Origin: an uncultured Bacteroidota bacterium
GTDB lineage: Bacteria; Bacteroidota; Ignavibacteria; Ignavibacteriales; Ignavibacteriaceae
NCBI GenBank assembly: GCA_963782985.1
Contig: CAWALU010000011.1
Location: 97,747-161,746 of the forward strand
Length of the DNA: 64,000 nucleotides
Direction: 5' to 3'
This document shows, piece after piece, positions 45,979 to 55,200 of the stretch. How positions within the stretch are numbered: position 1 is the first letter of the stretch; every line of letters begins with the position of its first letter. The notes below the pieces were generated by a model, which worked only from the letters and a program-made list of their open reading frames with translations, made no database searches and was not told the DNA's origin. A program made the position numbers and the translations under genes.

Positions 45979-46028
45979 GACCTTCCCGATTGAATCGGGA
46001 CGCGCTAACCGGGCTGCGCTACACCCCG
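45979..46028 (-). pseudogene. 5' 50 nt of a tRNA-Pro-like gene (acceptor, D arm, palindromic 'anticodon' arm, variable loop), truncated exactly before the T stem
   Basis: The minus strand reads CGGGGTG-TA-GCGC-AGCCCGGTTA-GCGC-G-TCCCG-ATTCAAT-CGGGA-AGGTC. The first 28 nt are identical to the intact tRNA-Pro(CGG). The nominal anticodon is TCA. Confidence 0.75.
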
Positions 46029-46159
46029 AATTTCTATAAAGAGCGACAGCAAAATAAACTCTTTGAAATCATTTTACAAGTAATTTCAATTCCTTAAATT
46101 AATAATCGAATATTTCTTTACTTTCATTTCCATTAGCTATAAGTTTGATGAACAATATT

Positions 46160-46263
46160 ATTAACCTTTAAATCTATCCGCGAGATGGATAAGGATGGAA
46201 GAAAATTAAAATCTCACTAAAATAAAAAGGAACCTCCACGGCGGAAGCTAAGGAGGATTTTTT
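46160..46263 (+). promoter_or_regulatory. Candidate PyrR-binding leader / attenuator upstream of pyrR
   Basis: 'CUUUAAAUCUAUCCGCGAGAUGGAUAAGG' (46165-46195) resembles the PyrR binding-loop consensus as I remember it. Downstream, CCUCC (46233-46237) can pair with the SD GGAGG (46252-46256), followed by U6. Confidence 0.4.
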
Positions 46264-46765
46264 GTATATGGACATAAAAGCAAAAATTGTTGATGAAGTC
46301 GGTCTAAAAAGAATAATTACCCGTATCTCTCATGAAATTTTAGAACGCAATAAAGGTTCGAAAAATTTAGTCTTAATGGGAATGAGAACCCGTGGTGAAT
46401 TCCTTGCAAAGCGGCTTCATATAAAAATTAAAGAAATTGAAAATATTGATGTACCATTTGGAGTTTTGGATGTTACTCTCTATCGCGATGATTTCCGCAC
46501 TCGCCTGAAGCAGCCCGAAGTTTCTGTTTCCAATTTTACTTTTGATATAAATGAAAAAGACATAATTCTTGTAGACGATGTTCTTTACACAGGTAGAACG
46601 GTGCGTTCTGCTTTAAATGCACTTATGGAATTTGGAAGACCAAGTACAATTCAGCTCTTTGTTTTGGTTGATAGAGGGCATAGAGAACTTCCTATTCGTG
46701 CCGATTATGTAGGCAAAAATATTCCTACTTCAATAAATGAAGAAATAAAAGTTAAAGATGAATGA
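46262..46765 (+). CDS. pyrR: Bifunctional pyr operon regulator / uracil phosphoribosyltransferase PyrR (C-terminus apparently frameshifted near 46757)
   Basis: '[16 protein letters not shown]', PRPP loop '[16 protein letters not shown]', '[24 protein letters not shown]'. The expected C-terminal tail '[17 protein letters not shown]' continues in the +1 frame to 46814. Confidence 0.88.
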   Translation: MYMDIKAKIVDEVGLKRIITRISHEILERNKGSKNLVLMGMRTRGEFLAKRLHIKIKEIENIDVPFGVLDVTLYRDDFRTRLKQPEVSVSNFTFDINEKDIILVDDVLYTGRTVRSALNALMEFGRPSTIQLFVLVDRGHRELPIRADYVGKNIPTSINEEIKVKDE

Positions 46766-46837
46766 AATTGATGGAGAAGACTGCATCAATTTAGTTGAAA
46801 CCATAAATGAATAACAAATTAAACATGAGTTTAAAAT

Positions 46838-47761
46838 ATGCCATTATCAAGCAGACATTTACTTGGGTTAAAAATGTTCCTAAGGAAGACATCCAATTAA
46901 TTTTGGATACTGCAATAACATTTAGAGAAGTATTAGATAGGCCAATCAAAAAAGTACCTACACTTCAAGGGAAAACAGTTGTAAATCTTTTTTATGAAAA
47001 TTCCACACGCACAAGAATTTCATTCGAACTTGCGGAAAAAAGATTATCTGCCGACAGCATAAATTTTTCTGTATCTGCAAGCAGCGTAAGCAAAGGTGAA
47101 ACTTTTAAAGACACAATCCGCAATATTGAAGCGATGAAAGTTGATATGGTTGTGGTTCGTCATGCCGCTGCGGGAACGCCATATTATCTTACCCAAATTA
47201 GCGATGCAAATATTATAAATGCGGGCGATGGAATTCATGAACATCCCACTCAAGGTTTGTTGGATATGTATTCAATTAGAGAAAAGCTGGGAAGGCTTGA
47301 AGGATTAAAAGTTTGTATTGTTGGAGATATTGCTCATTCAAGAGTTGCATTATCAAATATTTTTGGATTGAAAACTATGGGTGCAAAAGTTTCTGTCTGC
47401 GGACCTTCGACAATGATTCCTCGTTACATTGAAGCAATTGGGCGTTGATGTAATTTATAATATTGATGAAGCAATTCAAGAAAATGATGTTTTAAATATT
47501 CTTCGCATTCAATTGAAAGAAAAGCCCGAGAATATTTCCCATCAATTAGAGAGTACGCAAAATATTTTGGAATTGATAGAGCAAGGTTAGAAAAGAACTG
47601 GAAAAGATATTGTTCTACTATGCATCCGGGACCCAATAAACAGAGGAGTTGAAATTGCATCAGATGTTGCAGATGGATCAAATCAAATAATTTTGCAGCA
47701 GGTTACAAACGGCGTTGCTGTTCGAATGGCAGTCCTTTATTTATTAGGAACTCTTAATTAA
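46838..47761 (+). pseudogene. pyrB: Aspartate carbamoyltransferase catalytic subunit, interrupted by at least 4 frameshifts
   Basis: Homology is spread over three frames. The segments are 'MPLSSRHLLGLK', then 'NVPKEDIQLILDTA...NLFYENSTRTRISFE...HPTQGLLD...IVGDIAHSRVA...IEAIG', then 'VDVIYNIDEAIQENDVLNILRIQL', then '[24 protein letters not shown]...MHPGP', then '[37 protein letters not shown]'. Shifts lie near 46870-46874 (A5), 47441-47443 (GGG), 47520-47523 (A run) and ~47631-47636. Confidence 0.85.
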
Positions 47762-47772
47762 AAGGAATTGAA

Positions 47773-49065
47773 ATGAAAATTATCTTAAGAAATGTAAACC
47801 TTCTTCATCCAGAACAAAAATTAAATAAAAAAAATATTGATGTTTTAATTACTGACGGCGTAATTACAAAAATTGGAAAATTAAGCGAGGATGAAGTTAA
47901 AGGTTCCAAAGAATTTGATCTTAAAAAATAAATACGTGGTGCCAGGATTTTTTGATATGCATGTGCATCTTCGTGAGCCTGGAAGAGAAGATGAGGAAAC
48001 AGTGGTTACCGGCTGCAATGCTGCTGCAAACGGCGGATTCACAGCAGTTGCCTGCATGCCTAACACCGAACCGGCAATTGATTCTGCCGAAGTGATTCAC
48101 TTAATTCAGAAAGAAGCCGCAAATCATTTGGTAGATGTTTATCCAATTGGTGCCGCAACAGTTGGAAGAAAAGGGGAAATAATAACTCCAATGGCTGAAC
48201 TTTATGAAGCCGGTGCAGTTGCTTTTTCAGATGACGGCGTAGCGATAAAAACTGCGGCAATTCTTAAAAGAGCTTTGGAATATTCTAAGATGTATAATCT
48301 TCCAATAATTGAACATTGTGAAGATGAAACTTTAGCTGGCGGCGCAATGAATGAAGGGATAAATTCAACCTTACTTGGATTGGCTCCGCTTCCCTCTGTC
48401 GCGGAAGATTTGATAGTCATGCGCGATATTCTTATGGCCGAATACACAGGTGGAAAAGTTCACATTGCACACATCAGCACAAAGCGATCTGTAGAGATTG
48501 TTAGAGAAGCGAAGAAAAGAGGAGTTAACGTAACCGCTGAAGCAACTCCGCATCATTTTTCGTTAACCGATGATTCATTAAAAACATACGATACAAACAT
48601 GAAAATGAATCCGCCTCTACGCACTACTGAAGATGTTAAAGAAGTTATGAAGGTTTAAAAGATGGAACATTGGATTGCATAGCCAGCGATCATGCTCCTC
48701 ATTCTCCTGAAGAAAAAGAAGCTGAATTTGAATACGCTCCAAACGGAATTTTAGGATTAGAGACTATGGTTGGTTTAACTTTATCAGAACTCTACCATAA
48801 AAAAGTATTAACACTTGAACAAATAATTGAAAAGTTTTCTATCAATCCAAGAAAAGTTTTAAATATTCCAATTCCAAAATTTGAAGAAGGCGAAGAAGCC
48901 AATTTCACAATTTTAGATCCTGATGAAGTATGGACGGTTGATGTGTCGAAGTTTAAAAGTAAATCGAGAAATTCCCCATTCAATAAAAAACTTCTTACCG
49001 GAAAACCAGTTGGTGTGATTAATAAAAAGAAGATGTTTTTTGAGGGAGAGTTTAGTAAAATATAA
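47773..49065 (+). pseudogene. pyrC: Dihydroorotase, interrupted by 2 frameshifts
   Basis: Three segments: 'MKIILRNVNLLHPEQ...DVLITDGVITKIG...' (from ATG 47773), then 'YVVPGFFDMHVHLREPGREDEET...', then 'EGLKDGTLDCIASDHAPH...'. Shifts lie at the A6 run 47923-47928 and near 48645-48652. Confidence 0.85.
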
Positions 49066-49125
49066 TTTTACTGAATAGGCTTAACTAAAATTTTGTAGCT
49101 CATATTACCTACTACGAATTGTTAT

Positions 49126-49153
49126 AAACCCAATTTCTTAAAGAAATCGGGTT
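49126..49153. terminator. Bidirectional hairpin between convergent pyrC and the T9SS cargo gene
   Basis: AAACCCAATTTCT-ta-AGAAATCGGGTTT (one mismatch) flanked by A/T runs on both sides. Confidence 0.55.
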
Positions 49154-49190
49154 TATTTATGTCTAATGGATGTAAATTAGCAATTAGCTT

Positions 49191-50483
49191 TTATCTCATT
49201 AAAATCATTTTTTTTGTTCGAATAAATTCACCTGATTTTATTTGATAAAAATAAACGCCGCTTGGAAGATTGACTGCATTAAATTCCAATTAAGTAATTC
49301 TCCAATTGCTTTTTCTTCATTAACGAAGAGTTGATATTTCTCTTCCTAAAACATCATAAACATTAATAGAAACAATCGCAGGTATGGCGATTGTATAATT
49401 AATTTTTGTTGTAGGATTGAAAGGATTGGGGAAATTTTGACTAATAAAAAAGGTTATTACATTTTGCTTATCGTCAGCAATTGATGTAGGAATGTATTCG
49501 GCACTATAATATCCGGAGTTCGGTGAATAAGAATATTCAGGGAAAAAGGCTTTATCTTTTGCTCCAATTTTATATAAAAGTTTATATCCATTTTTCAACA
49601 AAGAAGTATCGATTGGTAAATTAAAAGTATATGAAAAAGTTGCAGGTGATCTTGCAGCATAATATTTCTGTATAGGAGTTTTGGCTACATCTTTCTGATA
49701 AAATAATTCAACAAAAACAGAATCAATATATATAATTCCGTCTGAGATTATACCAAGATAAGATTGTAACCTATTGTAATGATGGTTAACAATAATTGAA
49801 AATTTTTTATTTATGCTATCATCAATACTTGTAAAAGGCTGAAAATCTATTTCTGGTTTATAACTATTTGTATAATAAACAAAGTTATTGAGACTATCAT
49901 ATAAAATTGCATTTATGAGATAAGAACCATTTTCAAAATCAGGACCTACACCAGAATTACCACTTCCTTTTTCAATAACTCCCAAATTTTCAGCGAAAGT
50001 TTCGTAATAATAAGTAAAACTAAACCTGGTTTGCCAATGAAAAGTTTTTCTTGTCTCGCCAAAGTAGTTTATTGTATCTTTTGAAAAAAATACCGTACGA
50101 AAAAAATGATTAATCGGAGTCATTTGATAAAAAATACTGTCTGGATCAGTCGGAAAATTATAATCCCAATAAACATATTCGGAATCGTTAAACCTTAAAT
50201 AAGATTTATTCGAATCGATATCATATCTAAAAAAATCATGATTGTAATTAGAAAATCCATAATATTTATTGGCATTTATAAGTGTATCTGTTGCTATGAA
50301 AACGGTATCTAACTTGTAATTTATATTTCCAAGACGAGGATTATAATATTCAAAATATTGGTATACATTTCCTTTATGTAAAGGCCACATATTAGCTCTC
50401 GTACTGGCCTTTTTATTAGTGTTTTGAGCCAATGTAAATTGGAAGGATAGGCTAATGATAATAATAGTAAAAAATGTTTTCAT
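49191..50483 (-). pseudogene. T9SS C-terminal-domain secreted protein whose sorting domain is broken by two compensating frameshifts
   Basis: The track ORF (49320-50483) ends '...NFPNPFNPTTKINYTI...VYDVLGREISTLR*'. The rest of the CTD is recognisable downstream: 'VNEEKAIGE..' in another frame, then 'EFNAVNLPSGVYFYQIKSGEFIRTKKMILMR*' back in the original frame, ending at 49191. Confidence 0.75.
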
Positions 50484-50608
50484 TTAATCCCCAATATTTA
50501 ATAGTAATTAATACTTTTAAATTTAATCAATTAATATATATTTAGTAATTTTTAAAACAATTCTATTCAAGTATCTAACAGATTCACGAACTAATTAATT
50601 AAACGACG

Positions 50609-50634
50609 GTGTACAATATATAGTACACTTTTTT
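50609..50634 (+). terminator. Orphan intrinsic-terminator-like hairpin in a divergent intergenic region
   Basis: GTGTAC-aatatata-GTACAC followed by T6. No plus-strand gene lies upstream, and it sits ~100 nt before the FN3 lipoprotein start. Confidence 0.4.
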
Positions 50635-50731
50635 GTTTGATTTTCAACAGAATTCCAATAAAATCAAGCTTTTCTTCTGGCATCCATTTTGGCTTATTTA
50701 GCAATTGAAATGAAAATTGATGGAGTTCAAA

Positions 50732-51544
50732 ATGAAAAAAATAATATTAACCATAACAGTTTTAATTTTAATTATCGGCTTTTCAGCTTGCAACATTAAT
50801 AGTCCTAATTATTATGTAGATGATCAGCCGCCAGCACCGCCTAGCGGCATATATGTTTTAAACGGAGATAACGTGGTAGATTTAACCTGGAATTATAACC
50901 GTGAAAATGATGTGGCAGGTTACAATGTTTATTATGCATATTCCTACAACGGCAAATACACTTTAATCGGCTCTACATCAAATAACTTTTTTGTGGATGA
51001 CGGAGCAAATAATGGGACAACTTATTACTATGCCGTCGCAGCTTATGATTATAACGGCAACGAAAGCGAATTGAGCTATGATGTTGCTTATGCCACGCCG
51101 CGTCCTGAAGGTTTTAATCAATCAATTTTTGATTATATAAATTATCCGAATAATTCTGGCTATACATTTACTACATACAGTACAGTTCCGTATGACGATA
51201 ACTCAACTGATTTTTATTTTGAAAATTATAATGGAACTTACTATTTGGATGTAAATGAAGATACAGATATTCAAGATATGGGTCCTACTAACGACATTTA
51301 TGATATTCCTTACGCTCCTGATAATGGATGGTCTAGTACCAAAGACGCAATAGCTGTAATTGGTCATACATATGTAATATGGACTTGGGATAATCATTTC
51401 GCAAAAGTAAGAGTTAAGAATATAACTCGTGACAGAATAGTATTTGATTGGACTTTCCAATTAGTTGAAGGCAATAAGGAATTGAAGCCTGTTAAAAATT
51501 CAAATAAAAGAATAATTCAAAAAATAAATAGAGTTAGAGAATAA
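50732..51544 (+). CDS. Lipoprotein with fibronectin type III domain
   Basis: 'MKKIILTITVLILIIGFSAC' has a lipobox. 'PPAPPSGIYVLNGDNVVDLTWNYNRENDVAGYNVYYA...TTYYYAVAAYDYNGNES' is FN3-like. The track ORF begins earlier, at TTG 50717. Confidence 0.7.
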   Translation: MKKIILTITVLILIIGFSACNINSPNYYVDDQPPAPPSGIYVLNGDNVVDLTWNYNRENDVAGYNVYYAYSYNGKYTLIGSTSNNFFVDDGANNGTTYYYAVAAYDYNGNESELSYDVAYATPRPEGFNQSIFDYINYPNNSGYTFTTYSTVPYDDNSTDFYFENYNGTYYLDVNEDTDIQDMGPTNDIYDIPYAPDNGWSSTKDAIAVIGHTYVIWTWDNHFAKVRVKNITRDRIVFDWTFQLVEGNKELKPVKNSNKRIIQKINRVRE

Positions 51545-51586
51545 TAATATTTTTGAATCAGAAATTATTTTAACACCAAATTTTTT

Positions 51587-51616
51587 GAACCCAATTTTTA
51601 ACAGAGAATTGGGTTC
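51587..51616 (+). terminator. Perfect 10-bp-stem hairpin downstream of the FN3 gene
   Basis: GAACCCAATT-10 nt-AATTGGGTTC. There is no clean T run after it. Confidence 0.35.
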
Positions 51617-51650
51617 TGCATATTTAAATGTAAAATGAAAAATTGAAAAG

Positions 51651-51731
51651 GCAGTCGAAATAGCCTATAGCTTTAGCTTGGGTCTCGTTAGGAATTTCGC
51701 AAGCCGAAGCTTGAGGCTGCGTGTTTTATTT
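51651..51731 (+). other. Long imperfect ~70-nt hairpin followed by a T run (terminator or small structured RNA)
   Basis: GCAGTC..AGCCT..AGCTT..GCTTG-loop-CAAGC..AAGCT..AGGCTGC, then 'gtgttttattt'. It is clearly more GC-rich than its surroundings. Confidence 0.35.
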
Positions 51732-51792
51732 AAACAATTAAAGAATTATAGACTTACATTCAATTATTATTTAAATTTCACTCATAAAAAGA

Positions 51793-52245
51793 ATGACAAA
51801 CAAAAGCGCAAATATTATAATTTTTATATTCTTCGGGCTTAGCTTAATTAGTTTTGCGCAGCAGAGAAACAATCTGAGCAATACGCCGGCAAAAAAACAA
51901 TCGCCTATAGTGCAATTGGTTTTTAATCAAATTGAAGAAGCAATTTCAAATAGCAATGTAGCGGCGCTGTCGCAGTATTTTAGTCCGCACACTTATTTTA
52001 GTCTTTCAAATGGAATCAGCGGATACTATAGTTCTAATCAAGCTTACTATATTTTAGAAGATTATTTTAAAATTTATAGAGTGATTTCATTTCGGTTCAA
52101 CAATGTGCAATCAGCCGAAGACAAGCCCTACGCAACGGGAGTTTACAATTTTGAGTTTAAAGGGAAGCGAGATGTTTCGCGCGTTTATATTTCTTTAAAA
52201 ATTAAAAACGACAACTGGAAAATCACTCAAATAACAATCAATTAA
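51793..52245 (+). CDS. Secreted DUF4783-like (SnoaL/NTF2-like) small protein
   Basis: 150 aa with a signal peptide. 'GISGYYSSNQAYYILEDYFKIY' resembles the DUF4783 core as I remember it. The stop overlaps the histidine kinase start (TAATG, 52243-52247). Confidence 0.45.
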   Translation: MTNKSANIIIFIFFGLSLISFAQQRNNLSNTPAKKQSPIVQLVFNQIEEAISNSNVAALSQYFSPHTYFSLSNGISGYYSSNQAYYILEDYFKIYRVISFRFNNVQSAEDKPYATGVYNFEFKGKRDVSRVYISLKIKNDNWKITQITIN

Positions 52246-55200
52246 TGTTACGAAGCATTCTTCATAAGTTAAAAGGCGATAGAAAATATTTTACTATCGT
52301 CTTTTTTATTTTACTGCTGATATTTCTTTCAGGAATTGTTACGCCTTTTTTAATTCAGCGGGAACGAAATAATTGGGACGAATACTTAACTAAAAAAATC
52401 TCATCCATTGAGGCTTCCGTTAATTCCATATTCTCAAAAAAGCAAAATGATTTAATTGGTTCATCCCAAGATTTAAAAGAAAAACTTTCGCACGTTTTAA
52501 AACCTGGAATAAATTCTTTCGGTGAATTAATTACGCTTGTAAATGAAAATAAGTACAAAGAATTTTCACTTGAAATATTTGCGCCCAACGGCAAATTAAT
52601 TGCCTGGAATGAAAAAGTTGCAATTCCTCAGGAAGACGTTTTTCCGTTAGAGCGTGCGTTAGGCGAGACTTATTTCTACAATAAAAATTTAATTACATAT
52701 CTCTCTTTAGTTGATACCCTGCTGATTGAAAATGATCAATTTTATTTCGCCGTAAGTTTACCAATCGAAAAACATTTTGAGCTTCAGAATCCTTACTTCG
52801 ATGAATTAAATTTCACCAAAGATCTTTCGGAAAAATTTTTAACGCAGTTTCAAATAGCTTTCAATCCTTTCACCAGCAAATCCAAAGACGGCAGAACATA
52901 TTCGTTTGACTTATTAAATAATAAAAACAATAAAATTGGGGTGGTTAAATTTTTTAAGCCGTCATTAGAAATTTCAATTAGAGATTTAAGAGAACACGCC
53001 AATACAGTGCAATCAATAATGGTAATCATCGCTTTTATTTTTTTAGGATTGGGTTTTAAATATGATTACCAAAAAATTAATAGCCGCATTTTTAAATTTA
53101 TTTTCAGCGCAATTTATTTTTCGCTGTTCAGGGTAATATTATTTTTTGTTGAATTTCCTTCAAACATAATCGGCGGAAGTTTATCAGACCCCGCTTACTT
53201 TTCATCGGCATTTGCCGGCGGCATTGTAAAATCGCCCATTGAGTTTTTTGTATCAGCTATTTTTCTTTTAATAATAGCGGTTAATGCGTATAGATTAATT
53301 TCTAATTATATAAATGAAAATCCTTATAAGCCAAAAAGTAAATTATTTTATTTTGCGGGAATTATTTTTGCTTCTACTCTCTTTTTTTTAACAATGCGCG
53401 GCTTAAGCTCCGCGATTAGAAGCGTTATTTTTGATTCTACATTAAGATACTTTAAAGACCCGCGGCTGCTTCCCAGCGCGCCTTCAATTTTAATGGATTT
53501 AAATATTTTAATTTTGGGGATGGGCGTTCTACTTTTGCAATTATGTTTATTCCTTTTTTTGTTATCGCTTAATCCTAAAAATGAAGACAAAAATTTTCGT
53601 AAAAATTTTATTTTTTTATTCGTCTCAGCTCAAATTTTAGGAATCGTTTTTCTGCTCCTTCAAAATGAACCTTTAATTACGCCGCTGTTAAGTTTATTTT
53701 TTATTACTATAATTTTTATACTATTATTTAAAATTTATACCAGCCCTTCCGGATCAATTTACAATTACATTTATGCTTCATTAGCTGCATCTATTATTTC
53801 CATTACGCTTTTAAATTTTTTTAATTTACAATTGGAGAGAGAAGCGTTAAAGACAACAGCTATCGAAATAAATCGACCTAACGATAATTTATTCCAATTT
53901 TTGGTAAATGATATTTTATCATCCTCCTCAAATAACCCAAATATTACTGAACAATTTGCGCGCAGCAGTTCCAACTTTGATGCAATGGCGTTTATAATTT
54001 GGAGCAACAGCTCGCTTCAAAAGGAATCGCTAAACTCGCAAATAAATATTTACGACAGTAAGCAAAATTTAATAGGCAAATTTGCCGTAGGAATAAGCAA
54101 TGATTTCTCGCCTTTAAATTATTTTTCAAATATCAGTTCAAGCGAGCCGGCAATAAAAGAAATTGTGGCGAATGGAAATAAGCGGCAAAAAATTTATTGC
54201 GGAATAATTCCCATAAAAGATAGAGAGCATATTCTCGGCTACATCTCGGCTTCTATTCTTTTCGATATTCAAAATCTCGGCGGGGGAAATATTCCGGATT
54301 TTATTGAATCGAAAAAAAATATTATTAATTCAGTCGTCAATTTAAGGCTGCTTAAAATTTTTGAATTTGAACATTCAAAATTAAAAGATGTATACGGCGA
54401 TATTTATCCTTCGAGAGAGCAAACCGAGCCAATTTTAAAAACAAGATTTTCTGCCGAGAATGATTCATGGATGGATCTAACGCTCAACGGCGAGAATTAT
54501 TTAACATATATTTTAAAAACTCAGCAAGACGACGCAGAAAAAATTACTTCGGTTTCGCTGCGCAGCAAAAGGCTGACGTGGAATTTGTTTAACTTTTTTA
54601 AGCTGTTTATTATTCATAGCATTTTTATTGCGGCGTTATCCTTAATAATTATTCTTTTTAACATTCGGAATATTAAATACACTTTTCGTTCGCGTCTGCT
54701 GTTGTCGTTTCTTTTTATTTCAATTATACCCGTAATAATTTTAGCGGCTTATAATAGGCAGATAGTTCAGCAGCGCAGCGAAGAAGCAATTTTTAATGAG
54801 CTTAATGAGCGCGCTCAATATTTGGAAAATCATGTTAAGGTTCAGCTTGAAAAATATAAAGCTCGCGGTTACACTCAAGCTTTTGAAAACGCCGGCAAAG
54901 AACTTGGAATTTCATTTGGAGTTTATGACGGCGCAGACCAAATTTTTAATTCAAAGGCGCAATATTATAGTTCGGGATTATTCACATCAAAATTAAATCC
55001 CGAAGCTTATTATCAATTAAGCTATCTTAGCTATCGCGAATATTTCGCGCGCGAGCAAATTGAAAATTATTTTTATAACGCTTTTTATAAAAAATTATCT
55101 ATTGGCGATAAGCAATTTATTGTCGGCGTAAATGACGCGTTTAACAAAGTTCGTCTTACATTTTCAACCTTAGACATTGATGTTTTTTTATTCGGCGTAT

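Noticed and set aside
45716-46028. Group I intron with a homing endonuclease inside a tRNA gene
   Set aside because: The interruption is at the variable-loop/T-stem junction, not in the anticodon loop. Only 2 nt and 16 nt of non-coding sequence flank the ORF, which leaves no room for a ribozyme core. What follows is a complete second tRNA rather than a 3' exon.
45979-46028. Functional opal-suppressor tRNA(UCA), or UGA recoding in this organism
   Set aside because: The fragment lacks a T arm and 3' acceptor, and its loop is self-complementary. TGA clearly terminates conserved genes here, for example HU/IHF (20557-20559), rsmH (23122-24) and murG (33025-27). Long ORFs are not broken at TGA.
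47597-47636. An extra pair of compensating frameshifts in pyrB (frame excursion giving 'KDIVLL' before 'MHPGP')
   Set aside because: It is plausible from consensus ('K.DAIVMHPGP'), but frame 1 is continuously open through this stretch. I therefore count only the minimal set of frame changes.
47044-48556. Several 60-85-aa ORFs on both strands inside the pyrB/pyrC region (47044-47253, 47424-47681, 47881-48066, 48060-48260, 48202-48447, 48371-48556)
   Set aside because: They are by-products of the frameshifted pyrB/pyrC reading frames or their antisense strands. The conserved ATCase and DHOase sequence accounts for the region.
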